From IMG/VR virus record IMGVR_UViG_3300038499_000016, positions 32,001-96,000 of that record: 64,000 nucleotides of DNA. One strand, 5' to 3'. Numbering within the stretch: position 1 is the stretch's first letter; each line of letters opens with the position of its first letter. Made by a program: the position numbers and the translations under genes. Positions 27,017-35,809 of this stretch are shown here, piece after piece. The notes under the pieces were generated by a model. That model had not been told where the DNA came from. It was given only the letters and a program-made list of their open reading frames with translations, and ran no database searches. The DNA comes from a virus. Its lineage: Duplodnaviria > Caudoviricetes.

Positions 27017-28991
27017 TTGGATTCACCACCCTCGTCTGTTCAGCTAAGACATGAGAACAACATAATACTTTATCACAGAGTCCCAAAGTCTCTTTGACCC
27101 ATGGAAATTCAAAGATAGACTCACAGAGATCGGCATACACCGTCTTACCATTCTTCTTAAGATCACGAACAGCGTTATAGTCCCCTTCCGAGAAGGACTT
27201 ACCCACAATCGCAATGTCATACCCATCCCTGAGTATGGCCTGATAGTCCACTATCTTTGACCAATACCCCTGCGACTTGAGCCACCGGTCAACATTCAAA
27301 ACACGTATCCGAGTCTGAGCAGCATCCCAATTCTCAACAGAAATCCACCCTATCTTAGGCCCAACTTGCGCCTTAATAGCCTTGACACTGATAGAAGGCG
27401 TTCCCCATCCATCATAATTCTCAATGCTGTGTACGAGAAACCCCGCATCTGTTAAGAGTATATTAATCTCACTATTCGAGAACCCTGAACGATGAAACTG
27501 CGCCTCATCAGGCTCCCCAGCCTGCCCCTTCTGAATCCCATAAATAGTACACTTGAACCAATGACGGGTCTTAAAGAAATTCTGATGATTAATAGGAGCA
27601 TCCAAATAACTCCTACAGCATTGCTCAAGATCAGGGATCTTCAACAGAAGCTCTCCACCCGGCTTCAATACCCGATACCATTCCTTCAACGTATCCCTGA
27701 CATCATCAAACGGCAGGTGCTCAAGGGCATGCTCTGAATGAATAGCAGCAATAGTTCCGGACTTATAAGGGATGTCACTGAGATCGAATACTTCATCTAC
27801 AATCTTACCCCTGAAGATATCGACGTTCACATAACCCGGGACAGACTTATCACCACAGCCTAAATTCAGCTTCTTACCTTCACCATCCTTACGATATCGA
27901 TCACCCGTGATAGTTGGTAAGAGAATATTACGATTGTTGATTGCCCGGGAATCCTTAGGCCGAGCTCTCAATACCTCATCGTTGTGCTCAAAAGCCTTCC
28001 GAACATTGCCTATGTTGTTGTAACACACGCAGAGCTGTAGATGTGGCAGCCAGCCATAATACTCAGGCTGATAGGATGCCAGCAATTCACCAGGCTTTTC
28101 CACAGAAAGACACATTTCAAACCAGTGTATAGCCTTATTCCACTGCTGCCTGCCTATATAATAGTCTCCCAACTGATAGTAGGGCTCTGCACGGCGGGGC
28201 TCTATTTTTATGGACTCGAAGATACAACGAAAGAACTCTGCATCATTATGAATCTGCAGATTACAGAGTGCCAACCGATACCAAGCATAATAGATGTCTT
28301 CCCAAAACCCATTTGACAGTCGTACGAACTCGGTCAGGCACTGAATAGCCTTATCAGTTTTCCCGAAATCCGCGTACTCTTTCCCGAGATAATAAATGTT
28401 CCTGGAATTGATGCCCTCTTTAATCTTTCCTTCCCCATCTAGTACAATACGCTCTAGAATTTCTAGATTACGTTCAGACGTCCCCCGCTGCTTATGGTGC
28501 TGGATAGGAATGTTCTCTATCCTCTGCCGGTCCCGAAGCGGCACACATTCATGAATGGACTCTTCCCACTTCCTGTTCAAGGACCGGCGTATGAACCGTT
28601 CCCGAGGAACCACACTGATAACTGCGCCAAACTCATCCCGGGCATAGTTATAGGGCATGATAACCATGTCCACATCAGATAGCTTGATACGCTTTATCTT
28701 CTCAACATCCTCAGGATTAATGGTATCATCCGAATCCATCCAGAAGATGAAGTCTCCGATCGTACATAGGCTAAAAGAGTAGTTTCTAGCCGCGGAAAAA
28801 TCGTGAATCCATGTGAAGGTATGTACGACCGGAGTGTACTCTTTAGCTATCTCGATAGATCGGTCCTTAGAACCCGTGTCGACTATCACATACTCATCGA
28901 CAAAGCCTTTGACGCTGTCTAGGCATGCCTTGAGGGTCTTCTCGGCATCCCGTACGATTATCGCGAAGCTAATCTTGTGCCCGTCTATCAT
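26982..28991 (-). CDS. GT2-TPR protein glycosyltransferase fused to a methyltransferase and a GT-B N-terminal half
   Basis: IVDTGSKD, DFSAARN, MDSDD, IHE (SunS-like GT2); TPR repeats; KLNLGCG..HALEH; C-terminal AQTRIRV..YADLCE..CCSHVLAE. Confidence 0.9.
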   Translation of the reverse strand: MIDGHKISFAIIVRDAEKTLKACLDSVKGFVDEYVIVDTGSKDRSIEIAKEYTPVVHTFTWIHDFSAARNYSFSLCTIGDFIFWMDSDDTINPEDVEKIKRIKLSDVDMVIMPYNYARDEFGAVISVVPRERFIRRSLNRKWEESIHECVPLRDRQRIENIPIQHHKQRGTSERNLEILERIVLDGEGKIKEGINSRNIYYLGKEYADFGKTDKAIQCLTEFVRLSNGFWEDIYYAWYRLALCNLQIHNDAEFFRCIFESIKIEPRRAEPYYQLGDYYIGRQQWNKAIHWFEMCLSVEKPGELLASYQPEYYGWLPHLQLCVCYNNIGNVRKAFEHNDEVLRARPKDSRAINNRNILLPTITGDRYRKDGEGKKLNLGCGDKSVPGYVNVDIFRGKIVDEVFDLSDIPYKSGTIAAIHSEHALEHLPFDDVRDTLKEWYRVLKPGGELLLKIPDLEQCCRSYLDAPINHQNFFKTRHWFKCTIYGIQKGQAGEPDEAQFHRSGFSNSEINILLTDAGFLVHSIENYDGWGTPSISVKAIKAQVGPKIGWISVENWDAAQTRIRVLNVDRWLKSQGYWSKIVDYQAILRDGYDIAIVGKSFSEGDYNAVRDLKKNGKTVYADLCESIFEFPWVKETLGLCDKVLCCSHVLAEQTRVVNPNVEVIEDAWES

Positions 28992-29221
28992 GCAACAAGC
29001 CCGGTGGAGGATACCGAGTCTGTGCGAAGGATATCTGACACAGGTTTATTCACGGCCGGCTTCTTACGCTCTTTTTTAATTATTCCGGTGAGTCCTGTCA
29101 CTCCATGACACTCTGGACACAGTAGCTCGCCACAAGAACACTCGTGGGTATCATTAATCGAAAACAAGGACTGACACGCCTGACACTGCAGCTTAACGCC
29201 TACCGCTTTCATCATGATCAA
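28988..29221 (-). CDS. Small zinc-finger protein
   Basis: CQAC...CSCG..CPEC. Confidence 0.6.
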   Translation of the reverse strand: MIMMKAVGVKLQCQACQSLFSINDTHECSCGELLCPECHGVTGLTGIIKKERKKPAVNKPVSDILRTDSVSSTGLVA

Positions 29222-29538
29222 CTCCTTGGTATTTGAGATAGAGCCTTCTGTATACGATCACTTATCTTAGTTTCATCTTCCGTACTACTGCCTTTATGCA
29301 AAAGGATGTCAAAATCGCACAACAAATCCCGCACAGACTTAACATCGAATCCTTGTTGGGCAAGACGAGGACATTCCTGAGGTATGGGCGTTCTTTCATC
29401 TTTCCCAGGAATAATCACAGAAGGTATCACAGGATACCCAGGCATAGCTCCGCAAGCGGTCCCATTACCGTAGGTATCGGCTGGGCACCAATCTACACAC
29501 TGCCGGCAGTCATCGACTAATAAATAGTTTGGTCTCAT
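29218..29538 (-). CDS. Hypothetical Cys-containing protein
   Basis: CRQC...C...IPQECP pattern; start moved past the terminator-like hairpin. Confidence 0.55.
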   Translation of the reverse strand: MRPNYLLVDDCRQCVDWCPADTYGNGTACGAMPGYPVIPSVIIPGKDERTPIPQECPRLAQQGFDVKSVRDLLCDFDILLHKGSSTEDETKISDRIQKALSQIPRS

Positions 29539-29568
29539 ACTGATGATATGAAACCAAAACATAAAGAT

Positions 29569-29606
29569 AAAGCCCGCCGCATAGAAATTTCTACGAGACA
29601 GGCTTT
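29569..29606 (-). terminator. Probable intrinsic terminator
   Basis: AAAGCCUGUC/GGCGGGCUUU stem with G.U pairs on the minus strand, then a U-rich tail. Confidence 0.5.
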
Positions 29607-29625
29607 AAGGGCAGGAAAACAGGCC

Positions 29626-29748
29626 TTAGGCCTTAGGCTCTACCTTCTCCGGTGGGACTTCAGGTGCTTTTGCAGGCTCTACTTTGAGCTTCTTCTTGGG
29701 AAGGAACCACTTCAAGAACTTCCAAATAGCCTTCAGGATTTTCTTCAC
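29626..29748 (-). CDS. 40-aa cationic amphipathic peptide (not in ORF track)
   Basis: GTG after AAGGAG, GTGA overlap with the upstream stop; MKKILKAIWKFLKWFLPKKKLKVEPAKAPEVPPEKVEPKA. Confidence 0.65.
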   Translation of the reverse strand: MKKILKAIWKFLKWFLPKKKLKVEPAKAPEVPPEKVEPKA

Positions 29749-30458
29749 GGAACGCTCCTTTCAAAGGTTCGGTAATATTGCCCTAATCTTTGATTTAGAT
29801 ATGATGCTTTTGAAGCCGGCACTCGTTCCCGAAGCCCTCCTATGTAGAATGCCATTGAATCAGCTATGTCATCCCATGGATTACGGCTGGCATAAAACCT
29901 TGTGAACTCTGCCATATCTGGGTCATAAAACCATTCCCCAATAACCTCTGGAACATCCTTCTCCCTGATAATGAGTCGCTTCAAGCCTGGTTTAGGTACA
30001 GGACTCCAACCAGATAAGGATAACCATTCAGGCTGAAGAGATAACTGTCCCTGCTCGGCATCGAATCCGTGAGCCAATTCATGATAAAGCGTCTGTTCAG
30101 GCCGTGTCAGGAAATAGCCGTGGTAGTCGTAAAAATCCTTTGGGCAGTCAGGATTTATGTAGGTATCCGCATTCATGTGTACTTCGCGATTAACGTAATA
30201 GCCGTGGTTAGGGTAGAATTCACGACTCGGACCCAGGTCCCCCCGAAGAACGAGCTTATCGACTCCACAGGCTTTTACCAAGGGAGGTGGAAGGATAGAA
30301 AGGATCTGGTAGGTTTGCCGGATAAGGGTAGAGGGGTCTGGAACCCCCTGCTGGACCTCAAGGTCCATGCCATATTCCCGCTTGATCTTACCTTCCCAAT
30401 CCTGTGCAGAAAAAATGGTCCGTAGGGCCTGGGATAGTGAATGCATGTTAGAATACAT
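29745..30458 (-). CDS. Zincin-like putative metallopeptidase
   Basis: TLYHELAH (HExxH); YASRNPWDDIADS. Confidence 0.65.
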   Translation of the reverse strand: MYSNMHSLSQALRTIFSAQDWEGKIKREYGMDLEVQQGVPDPSTLIRQTYQILSILPPPLVKACGVDKLVLRGDLGPSREFYPNHGYYVNREVHMNADTYINPDCPKDFYDYHGYFLTRPEQTLYHELAHGFDAEQGQLSLQPEWLSLSGWSPVPKPGLKRLIIREKDVPEVIGEWFYDPDMAEFTRFYASRNPWDDIADSMAFYIGGLRERVPASKASYLNQRLGQYYRTFERSVP

Positions 30459-30460
30459 GA

Positions 30461-30476
30461 ATTTAAGAGATTATTA
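30461..30476 (-). promoter_or_regulatory. Putative late-promoter motif copy (TAATAATCTCTTAAAT)
   Basis: 14/16 match to the motif at 47921. Confidence 0.6.
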
Positions 30477-30638
30477 GGAGTCTAAATCTACGCTAGGAGG
30501 CCTGTTGCGTCGATTGTCCGTAATGCGCTTAGGAGAGCCATTGGAACTATGCGTTCGACGATGATGGGCGTAGTACAGCAAAAAACTAAAGATAAGCACC
30601 ACGAGAACGATTCCATAGCCCAAAAGCCATAGCCACAT
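30474..30638 (-). CDS. 54-aa single-pass membrane protein (not in ORF track)
   Basis: MWLWLLGYGIVLVVLIFSFLLYYAHHRR...; fills the intergenic gap. Confidence 0.45.
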   Translation of the reverse strand: MWLWLLGYGIVLVVLIFSFLLYYAHHRRTHSSNGSPKRITDNRRNRPPSVDLDS

Positions 30639-30659
30639 AACGGTAAAATACTAAATTAG

Positions 30660-31457
30660 CTACACATAGCCCAACTCTTCAAGAACATCCCCTGTCACGA
30701 ATAGTGGTTCTTTAATGGGAATTGGGTTATTGTTGAGCAGGGCCTTGAGACTACCAAAAGACTTCCCTATACTCTTCTCCTGCTCAGGAGTCATCAAAGG
30801 GGCCTTCCACTTAATGGTAGGTTTAGCCATACTGGGAGCTAGGAAAGTTTTGGCTACATAGAACTCCTGAAAATCTTCCAGAACTAGAATTCCGATTCCT
30901 ATATTCAAATGACAGAAATTGTCCTCAATGCCGTATTCGAGCTGTCCACAATTCAGCATAACTGCATGCATCAACACATCCGCGGCAGTAGGGTCCGTAT
31001 AGTAGTTCTTTTGAACTATGTTACCAAAGAACTCATAGGTCTTCGGATCCACGCGTTCCTCAAAACGTTCAAAACAATGATGGGTGAAAAAAACCGATTC
31101 ATAAACTTTATTGTACGAAGGTATACCAAATAGGGTTCCGAACTCGGTCTTGTAGACTTCACTGAAATTGGTGATAAACTTGATATCAGCGGGATCCTTG
31201 GCCTTAAAATCCAAAAGATTGATGTATTTACCATAGCAGCTTCTCAGACGATTCACTATGGCCTCGTATAACTTCTTCTGCTTACGCTGACTGATGCGCT
31301 TCTTAGCAAAATCCTTCCCAAGCACCCTAGTCATGGCCTGGTCAAAGATTATTGAGAGCATGGCCTTGGGATGCTTCTCAAAAGACGTGGTCCTGAAATA
31401 CCTATTGAGCATCTTCAGGGTCTCGTCGTGATACTGTATTGGCATTGTTACCGGCAT
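30660..31457 (-). CDS. Hypothetical protein
   Basis: 265-aa ORF; FTHHCFERFEER...KTFL loosely resembles BECR-fold nucleases. Confidence 0.7.
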   Translation of the reverse strand: MPVTMPIQYHDETLKMLNRYFRTTSFEKHPKAMLSIIFDQAMTRVLGKDFAKKRISQRKQKKLYEAIVNRLRSCYGKYINLLDFKAKDPADIKFITNFSEVYKTEFGTLFGIPSYNKVYESVFFTHHCFERFEERVDPKTYEFFGNIVQKNYYTDPTAADVLMHAVMLNCGQLEYGIEDNFCHLNIGIGILVLEDFQEFYVAKTFLAPSMAKPTIKWKAPLMTPEQEKSIGKSFGSLKALLNNNPIPIKEPLFVTGDVLEELGYV

Positions 31458-31458
31458 A

Positions 31459-32073
31459 TCACCGCCATGATACTTTTCTTGGGGATATCGCTTCCATTGA
31501 ACTTTCTATATTTCTTTGAAAGATACACATAGAATCATGGATTCCAGGCCAACAAAGAAGCGAAATATACTCTTTTACAGACCATTCTTTTTCCAAGAGA
31601 TCAAAAAAGGCATCATCCGCAGTACATCCACCTGCACTCTCTCCTACAAAAATGAAATACTTCCCTTTGTATTCTTTCAAGGCCTCAGTTATCCAAGATT
31701 CCCCCAGAGTTGGCCAACTAACAAAAAGAGTCCGGTCAGGATACTTCCTAACCGCATCAATAGCCGAAAGGGCTTCTACATGGGTCCATATTTTAGAAAA
31801 CTCATACTGATTACTCATGGGCTCAGGACTGATATCGGTCGCAATGACATCGATGGTCTTTTTCCGCATCTCGTAAGCCCAGTAGCCTGTCCCTGCTCCT
31901 ACTTCCAACAACGGGTTGTACAATCTGATTTTATCCAAGGACTCTTCGGTAGGTATAGAAAAGCTGTGCGTTTTTACGGTTGTTTGCCGATGGTTCCAAC
32001 AATTAAAAATAAGACTGCTGTCAGTGTAGGAGTTTACCCCTAGTTTAGAGGCGAACTCTTCAAGTTCCGTCAT
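31459..32073 (-). CDS. SAM methyltransferase-like protein
   Basis: LLEVGAGTGYWA, VIATD, SWP, FVGE..GCT. Confidence 0.75.
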   Translation of the reverse strand: MTELEEFASKLGVNSYTDSSLIFNCWNHRQTTVKTHSFSIPTEESLDKIRLYNPLLEVGAGTGYWAYEMRKKTIDVIATDISPEPMSNQYEFSKIWTHVEALSAIDAVRKYPDRTLFVSWPTLGESWITEALKEYKGKYFIFVGESAGGCTADDAFFDLLEKEWSVKEYISLLCWPGIHDSMCIFQRNIESSMEAISPRKVSWR

Positions 32074-32656
32074 GATTTCCCCGGCTTGCACATTTCACAA
32101 CTGTTTCGTAGGTCATCGGATTCAGGACCGCACTCCGGTCAACTCCCATAGCGTCCGCCAGCTTCTGATACCTCTTGTTTGATGCGTGGCATCTATTCAA
32201 TTCCAGATTAGAAATATGCACCTGGCGGATACCTGATTTATCTTCCAACTCTTTCTGGGTCATTCCCTTGAGCATACGAATCGTTCTCAGATTACCTGCC
32301 CACATCTTTTGCATGTACTCGCTGAATAGTTTCTTGATCTCATCAGACATACCAAAATCTCTCAACAAGTTCCAGGAGTTACCTATTTCCTTCTGGGCCT
32401 GTTGAATAGAAAAATTCTTCAAGATTGTCAATTCTGCTACCTGCACAGCGACCTTCTTGTATTCTTCTGATTTCTTCTTCTTGGAATGTTTGTATTCTTC
32501 GTAATCCAGTCCCCAATTTTTGCATTTATTCCACACGGCCTGGCGACTGACTCCCAGATGATTTGCTACATTAGCTAAACTTCCATGCTCTTCAAGAAGG
32601 AGCTTAAGTTCCTTACTTTTTTCTAAACGCTTTTGAAACAGTTTAATCTGATCCAC
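32060..32656 (-). CDS. Transcriptional regulator with an N-terminal HTH and a C-terminal XRE HTH
   Basis: VANHLGVSRQAV; LRTIR..KGMTQKEL..SGI...ISNLE. Confidence 0.85.
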   Translation of the reverse strand: MDQIKLFQKRLEKSKELKLLLEEHGSLANVANHLGVSRQAVWNKCKNWGLDYEEYKHSKKKKSEEYKKVAVQVAELTILKNFSIQQAQKEIGNSWNLLRDFGMSDEIKKLFSEYMQKMWAGNLRTIRMLKGMTQKELEDKSGIRQVHISNLELNRCHASNKRYQKLADAMGVDRSAVLNPMTYETVVKCASRGNHDGT

Positions 32657-33380
32657 CGAGTGACCCCCATCCAGTTTTCAGAAGATGTGGGGCATACCTC
32701 TTCCCCCACTCCAATACCCGGTAATAAGCCTGCCCGACATTTCCTCCCTGTTTCTTCATTTCCTTGGGGTCGTACGCGAGGTCACACTTCAGAGTATCAC
32801 GAACATAAATCTTGAACAGACTCTCCAGCCTATCCTGAAGGAGTCCTTTGATATCCGCAATGCGGACATCATAGCCTAACCACCGAAGCATGTCCCGAAG
32901 ACTCGTATTAACATACCCAGAACAGATTTCTATTCTATGGGTCTTGGATGAGGCATGAAACCGTTCCGTGATGATTGCAAGACCCTTCTCAGCATATCCT
33001 ACCAGATAAAGCTTCTTCGTGTACGTTTCACCCTGAAAAAACGAAACATCAACGGTGTCTGTTTCTACGACCTTTCCATCTGTCACTCCGACCATTACTC
33101 CAAGTAAAGGGAATCCCCAGCCACTATCGTCGCATTGCAGTGTGATCTTTGAGGCATCAGGATCTTTGAGGGTCCCCGACAAAATCTCCCCCAACACGAC
33201 TTCATCCGTACAGACAACGGATCCGCTTGTGTATATTTTGACGTTCCACTTCTCGGATATTGACTTGCCGGTCCCTTTGTACGAGACCTTCAGGTACTTA
33301 TTGTTTTCCGTTCGGGGAATCAATAAGCCGGCAGCACAGAACTCCTGAAGTTTTTGCTCTAACAAAATGCTTGAATTCAC
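32643..33380 (-). CDS. RNase HIII/HII-like protein
   Basis: N-terminal VKIYTSGSVV (TBP-like domain pattern) then CDDSGWG (cf. DESGxG); GTG start after GGAG. Confidence 0.55.
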   Translation of the reverse strand: MNSSILLEQKLQEFCAAGLLIPRTENNKYLKVSYKGTGKSISEKWNVKIYTSGSVVCTDEVVLGEILSGTLKDPDASKITLQCDDSGWGFPLLGVMVGVTDGKVVETDTVDVSFFQGETYTKKLYLVGYAEKGLAIITERFHASSKTHRIEICSGYVNTSLRDMLRWLGYDVRIADIKGLLQDRLESLFKIYVRDTLKCDLAYDPKEMKKQGGNVGQAYYRVLEWGKRYAPHLLKTGWGSLGGSD

Positions 33381-33454
33381 ACATGCTCCCAATTATATTT
33401 AAGACCTCTTCTTGTTCTTGCCAGGGGTCGACCGCTGAACACCCGGTCGGCCCT

Positions 33455-33631
33455 TTATTTTATACTCCGATCCTTTTTCTTGTATGTCTTTGTTGGTGGA
33501 ATTTTAGGTTCCATAGACTCTGCTAGAAGATTACCGAGTATCCTTTCATCCTCTTCGGCATAAAATCTGCACATAGGATCAGATACCTTCACAGCTTGCG
33601 TTTTTGATAACACATAAGGTTTCTTTTTCAC
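33455..33631 (-). CDS. 58-aa hypothetical protein (not in ORF track)
   Basis: GTGA overlap with the upstream stop; MKKKPYVLSK...KKDRSIK. Confidence 0.45.
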   Translation of the reverse strand: MKKKPYVLSKTQAVKVSDPMCRFYAEEDERILGNLLAESMEPKIPPTKTYKKKDRSIK

Positions 33632-34005
33632 ACAATTCCCTTCGTGTTAGCCTCACAACTCTTACAGACTTCCGCGGATACTTCACTGGCCTCTATCTCA
33701 GGATTAGTGCACATTCCATCTTCGTAAAAATCGCACACCAAATCTTGTACATCTACAGCAGACTCATCAATGAACACCCCGTTAGGATCTAATGCCGCCT
33801 TAGTTACTGCCTCACCGATATCCTCGAAATAGCTGATTCTATTTCCTTCCGTAGTTTCTTTAGGTGCCAACCTGATAATCACCTGACTCTCGCATAAAAC
33901 CACGGCATATTTCACACCCTCATGCTCAACGATTACCCCATCATTTTCACCCAAAAACTTCACCAGCGCTTTGGTGATCAACAACAGAGCTTTATCTTGA
34001 TCCAC
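33628..34005 (-). CDS. Hypothetical protein
   Basis: ORF track; AAGGA RBS. Confidence 0.65.
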   Translation of the reverse strand: MDQDKALLLITKALVKFLGENDGVIVEHEGVKYAVVLCESQVIIRLAPKETTEGNRISYFEDIGEAVTKAALDPNGVFIDESAVDVQDLVCDFYEDGMCTNPEIEASEVSAEVCKSCEANTKGIV

Positions 34006-34008
34006 ACC

Positions 34009-34257
34009 CTATCCTTTCTTGACTCCGCCAAATATCCTCACCACGTCTTTGCGGACCTTCTTACAGTCCGGACATCGCAGTGTCTTAGAAAAAGAGTACT
34101 GAACGCTGTCGATGTCGAGATCAGACATAAGTCCTGAACCCTCGTTATACCACGACCTACAGGCCCAACCATAGGCTCTCTCTTTGCAGAGCACACCGCT
34201 TTTCGATCCGCAATGTGGACAATCAGGGATATGGGTGAGAGAAGTCTCTACATTCAT
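34009..34257 (-). CDS. Zn-ribbon protein
   Basis: CPHCG...CPDC. Confidence 0.6.
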   Translation of the reverse strand: MNVETSLTHIPDCPHCGSKSGVLCKERAYGWACRSWYNEGSGLMSDLDIDSVQYSFSKTLRCPDCKKVRKDVVRIFGGVKKG

Positions 34258-34502
34258 TAGGGTTCCGTCTGATTATGAATGTGACACTCTTTAACCACAC
34301 TTTTACGATCTCTTATGAGACGTCTCTGCTCCCATTTATCGTTCTTTAACCAACGGTCACATTCTTTATCGAGCTTATTCCGCAACCACTTTCTTGCTGC
34401 CCGGATATCGATTTCATTGTCATAGGAGCACTCTTCTGATGCTAGATAATCCACAGCTTCATTGTAGACAATTATTTTAGCATCACGAGATATTCGTTTC
34501 AT
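34257..34502 (-). CDS. Hypothetical protein
   Basis: Overlapping start/stop with both neighbours. Confidence 0.55.
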   Translation of the reverse strand: MKRISRDAKIIVYNEAVDYLASEECSYDNEIDIRAARKWLRNKLDKECDRWLKNDKWEQRRLIRDRKSVVKECHIHNQTEP

Positions 34503-34711
34503 GCTTCCACCCGATAATCCACAGCACTCGTTCTATACGTAGGGAATGGAGGCAACTGCTCTGACAACAGACGGTGATCCTGTCTATCAGTATTCTTACA
34601 GTCTTCTGGGTACGGCATCTCGTCATCATCACGGGGACACTCACCACAAGTACCCCAACGACCATTGGCTTGGTAACAACGCCAAGCTATCTGTTCCGGT
34701 GTGTAGCTCAT
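34499..34711 (-). CDS. Hypothetical protein
   Basis: ATGA overlap; Cys motif. Confidence 0.5.
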   Translation of the reverse strand: MSYTPEQIAWRCYQANGRWGTCGECPRDDDEMPYPEDCKNTDRQDHRLLSEQLPPFPTYRTSAVDYRVEA

Positions 34712-34740
34712 CTTGTGTTCTTTCCTGCGACTGGGATCCG

Positions 34741-35304
34741 TTACTGTAAAAGTGCTCTGTATGGGATGGTACTCATTTTCACAGACAGATCCTTGGAATA
34801 CATAAACCCATAGATATTCCGAGACATCTCTTCTATGGCTTGTGTAGTTTGTCTAAGAAAATTCTCTCGCTCCTGGGTCCAAGGGATAAAGACTTCATTT
34901 CCGTTTGTGTAAAAGAACTCTCTCTTGACGACTTCCTCTGGACCACGCATGTAATGGTAGACAGGTTTTCCATCCATAACTGTTTTTTCAACCATAGCCC
35001 AGCTCAAATCCAAAGTGGCTGTTTTTCCACCAGCTCTAGAAAAACAATCGTGCGTATGGAACTCCTTTGGGTCTTGAGTTGATATAATGAGGAACTTCTC
35101 ACTTTTGGTTTTGTCTTTTAGAAACTGAGAAACCAGCGTCTTGAACAAATCCTCAACGCCGGTTTGGGTCTCAGAACGAATAATATCTGTTTTTGAATAA
35201 GAAGTAAGTTCCTCTGGGAGCAGTATCCTGAACTGTCTCTCGTCTGAGGAGTAGGTCACCCGCACAGTGTACTCTTCGTACTTGAAATCCTTTATCTTAG
35301 GCAT
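34741..35304 (-). CDS. Hypothetical protein
   Basis: AAGGAG RBS, 187 aa. Confidence 0.7.
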   Translation of the reverse strand: MPKIKDFKYEEYTVRVTYSSDERQFRILLPEELTSYSKTDIIRSETQTGVEDLFKTLVSQFLKDKTKSEKFLIISTQDPKEFHTHDCFSRAGGKTATLDLSWAMVEKTVMDGKPVYHYMRGPEEVVKREFFYTNGNEVFIPWTQERENFLRQTTQAIEEMSRNIYGFMYSKDLSVKMSTIPYRALLQ

Positions 35305-35485
35305 TTGTTTTCTCCTTTTTGATGACAGCCAGGGCCTGACGCAGCTTACCGAGTTTCCATTTCAGTGGAAGGTACATGAATATGCACGCCGAATTCGTTT
35401 TTGGTTCCAGGTTGATTGGACAGCTTAGGCAGTGCCCTTTTCGACTCATACAAAAATCCCGGACCTTCCTGAATTCCTCTACCAT
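35297..35485 (-). CDS. Small Cys-rich hypothetical protein
   Basis: FC.....C..CP........C......W. Confidence 0.55.
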   Translation of the reverse strand: MVEEFRKVRDFCMSRKGHCLSCPINLEPKTNSACIFMYLPLKWKLGKLRQALAVIKKEKTNA

Positions 35486-35512
35486 GGTTTTTTCCTCGTC
35501 CCAATTCTTTGC

Positions 35513-35809
35513 CTATTGACTGTATTCTTTGTTCTCGTACGGACAAAGTTTGCTTGACGGACATTCATCACAATAACCTGGGTTCTTATCTCCAGTTATG
35601 CAACCCCAAGGACTCTTATCATTTATATCCCAATCTCGATCTACCGGGACATGCTGAGCAGCCAAAGTACACAACTTTTGCAATTCAGCCCTGTCAATGA
35701 CAATCTTTTTCTTATCAGTACATGTTATCTGATCATACTCTTCTTTTGATAATAGGTACTGCATTTTATCCCTTCCCGACACGATTTTTTCTTCGTCCCA
35801 CGCCTTCAA
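35513..35809 (-). CDS. Hypothetical protein
   Basis: PWGC...YCDECP...CP. Confidence 0.6.
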   Translation of the reverse strand: MKAWDEEKIVSGRDKMQYLLSKEEYDQITCTDKKKIVIDRAELQKLCTLAAQHVPVDRDWDINDKSPWGCITGDKNPGYCDECPSSKLCPYENKEYSQ

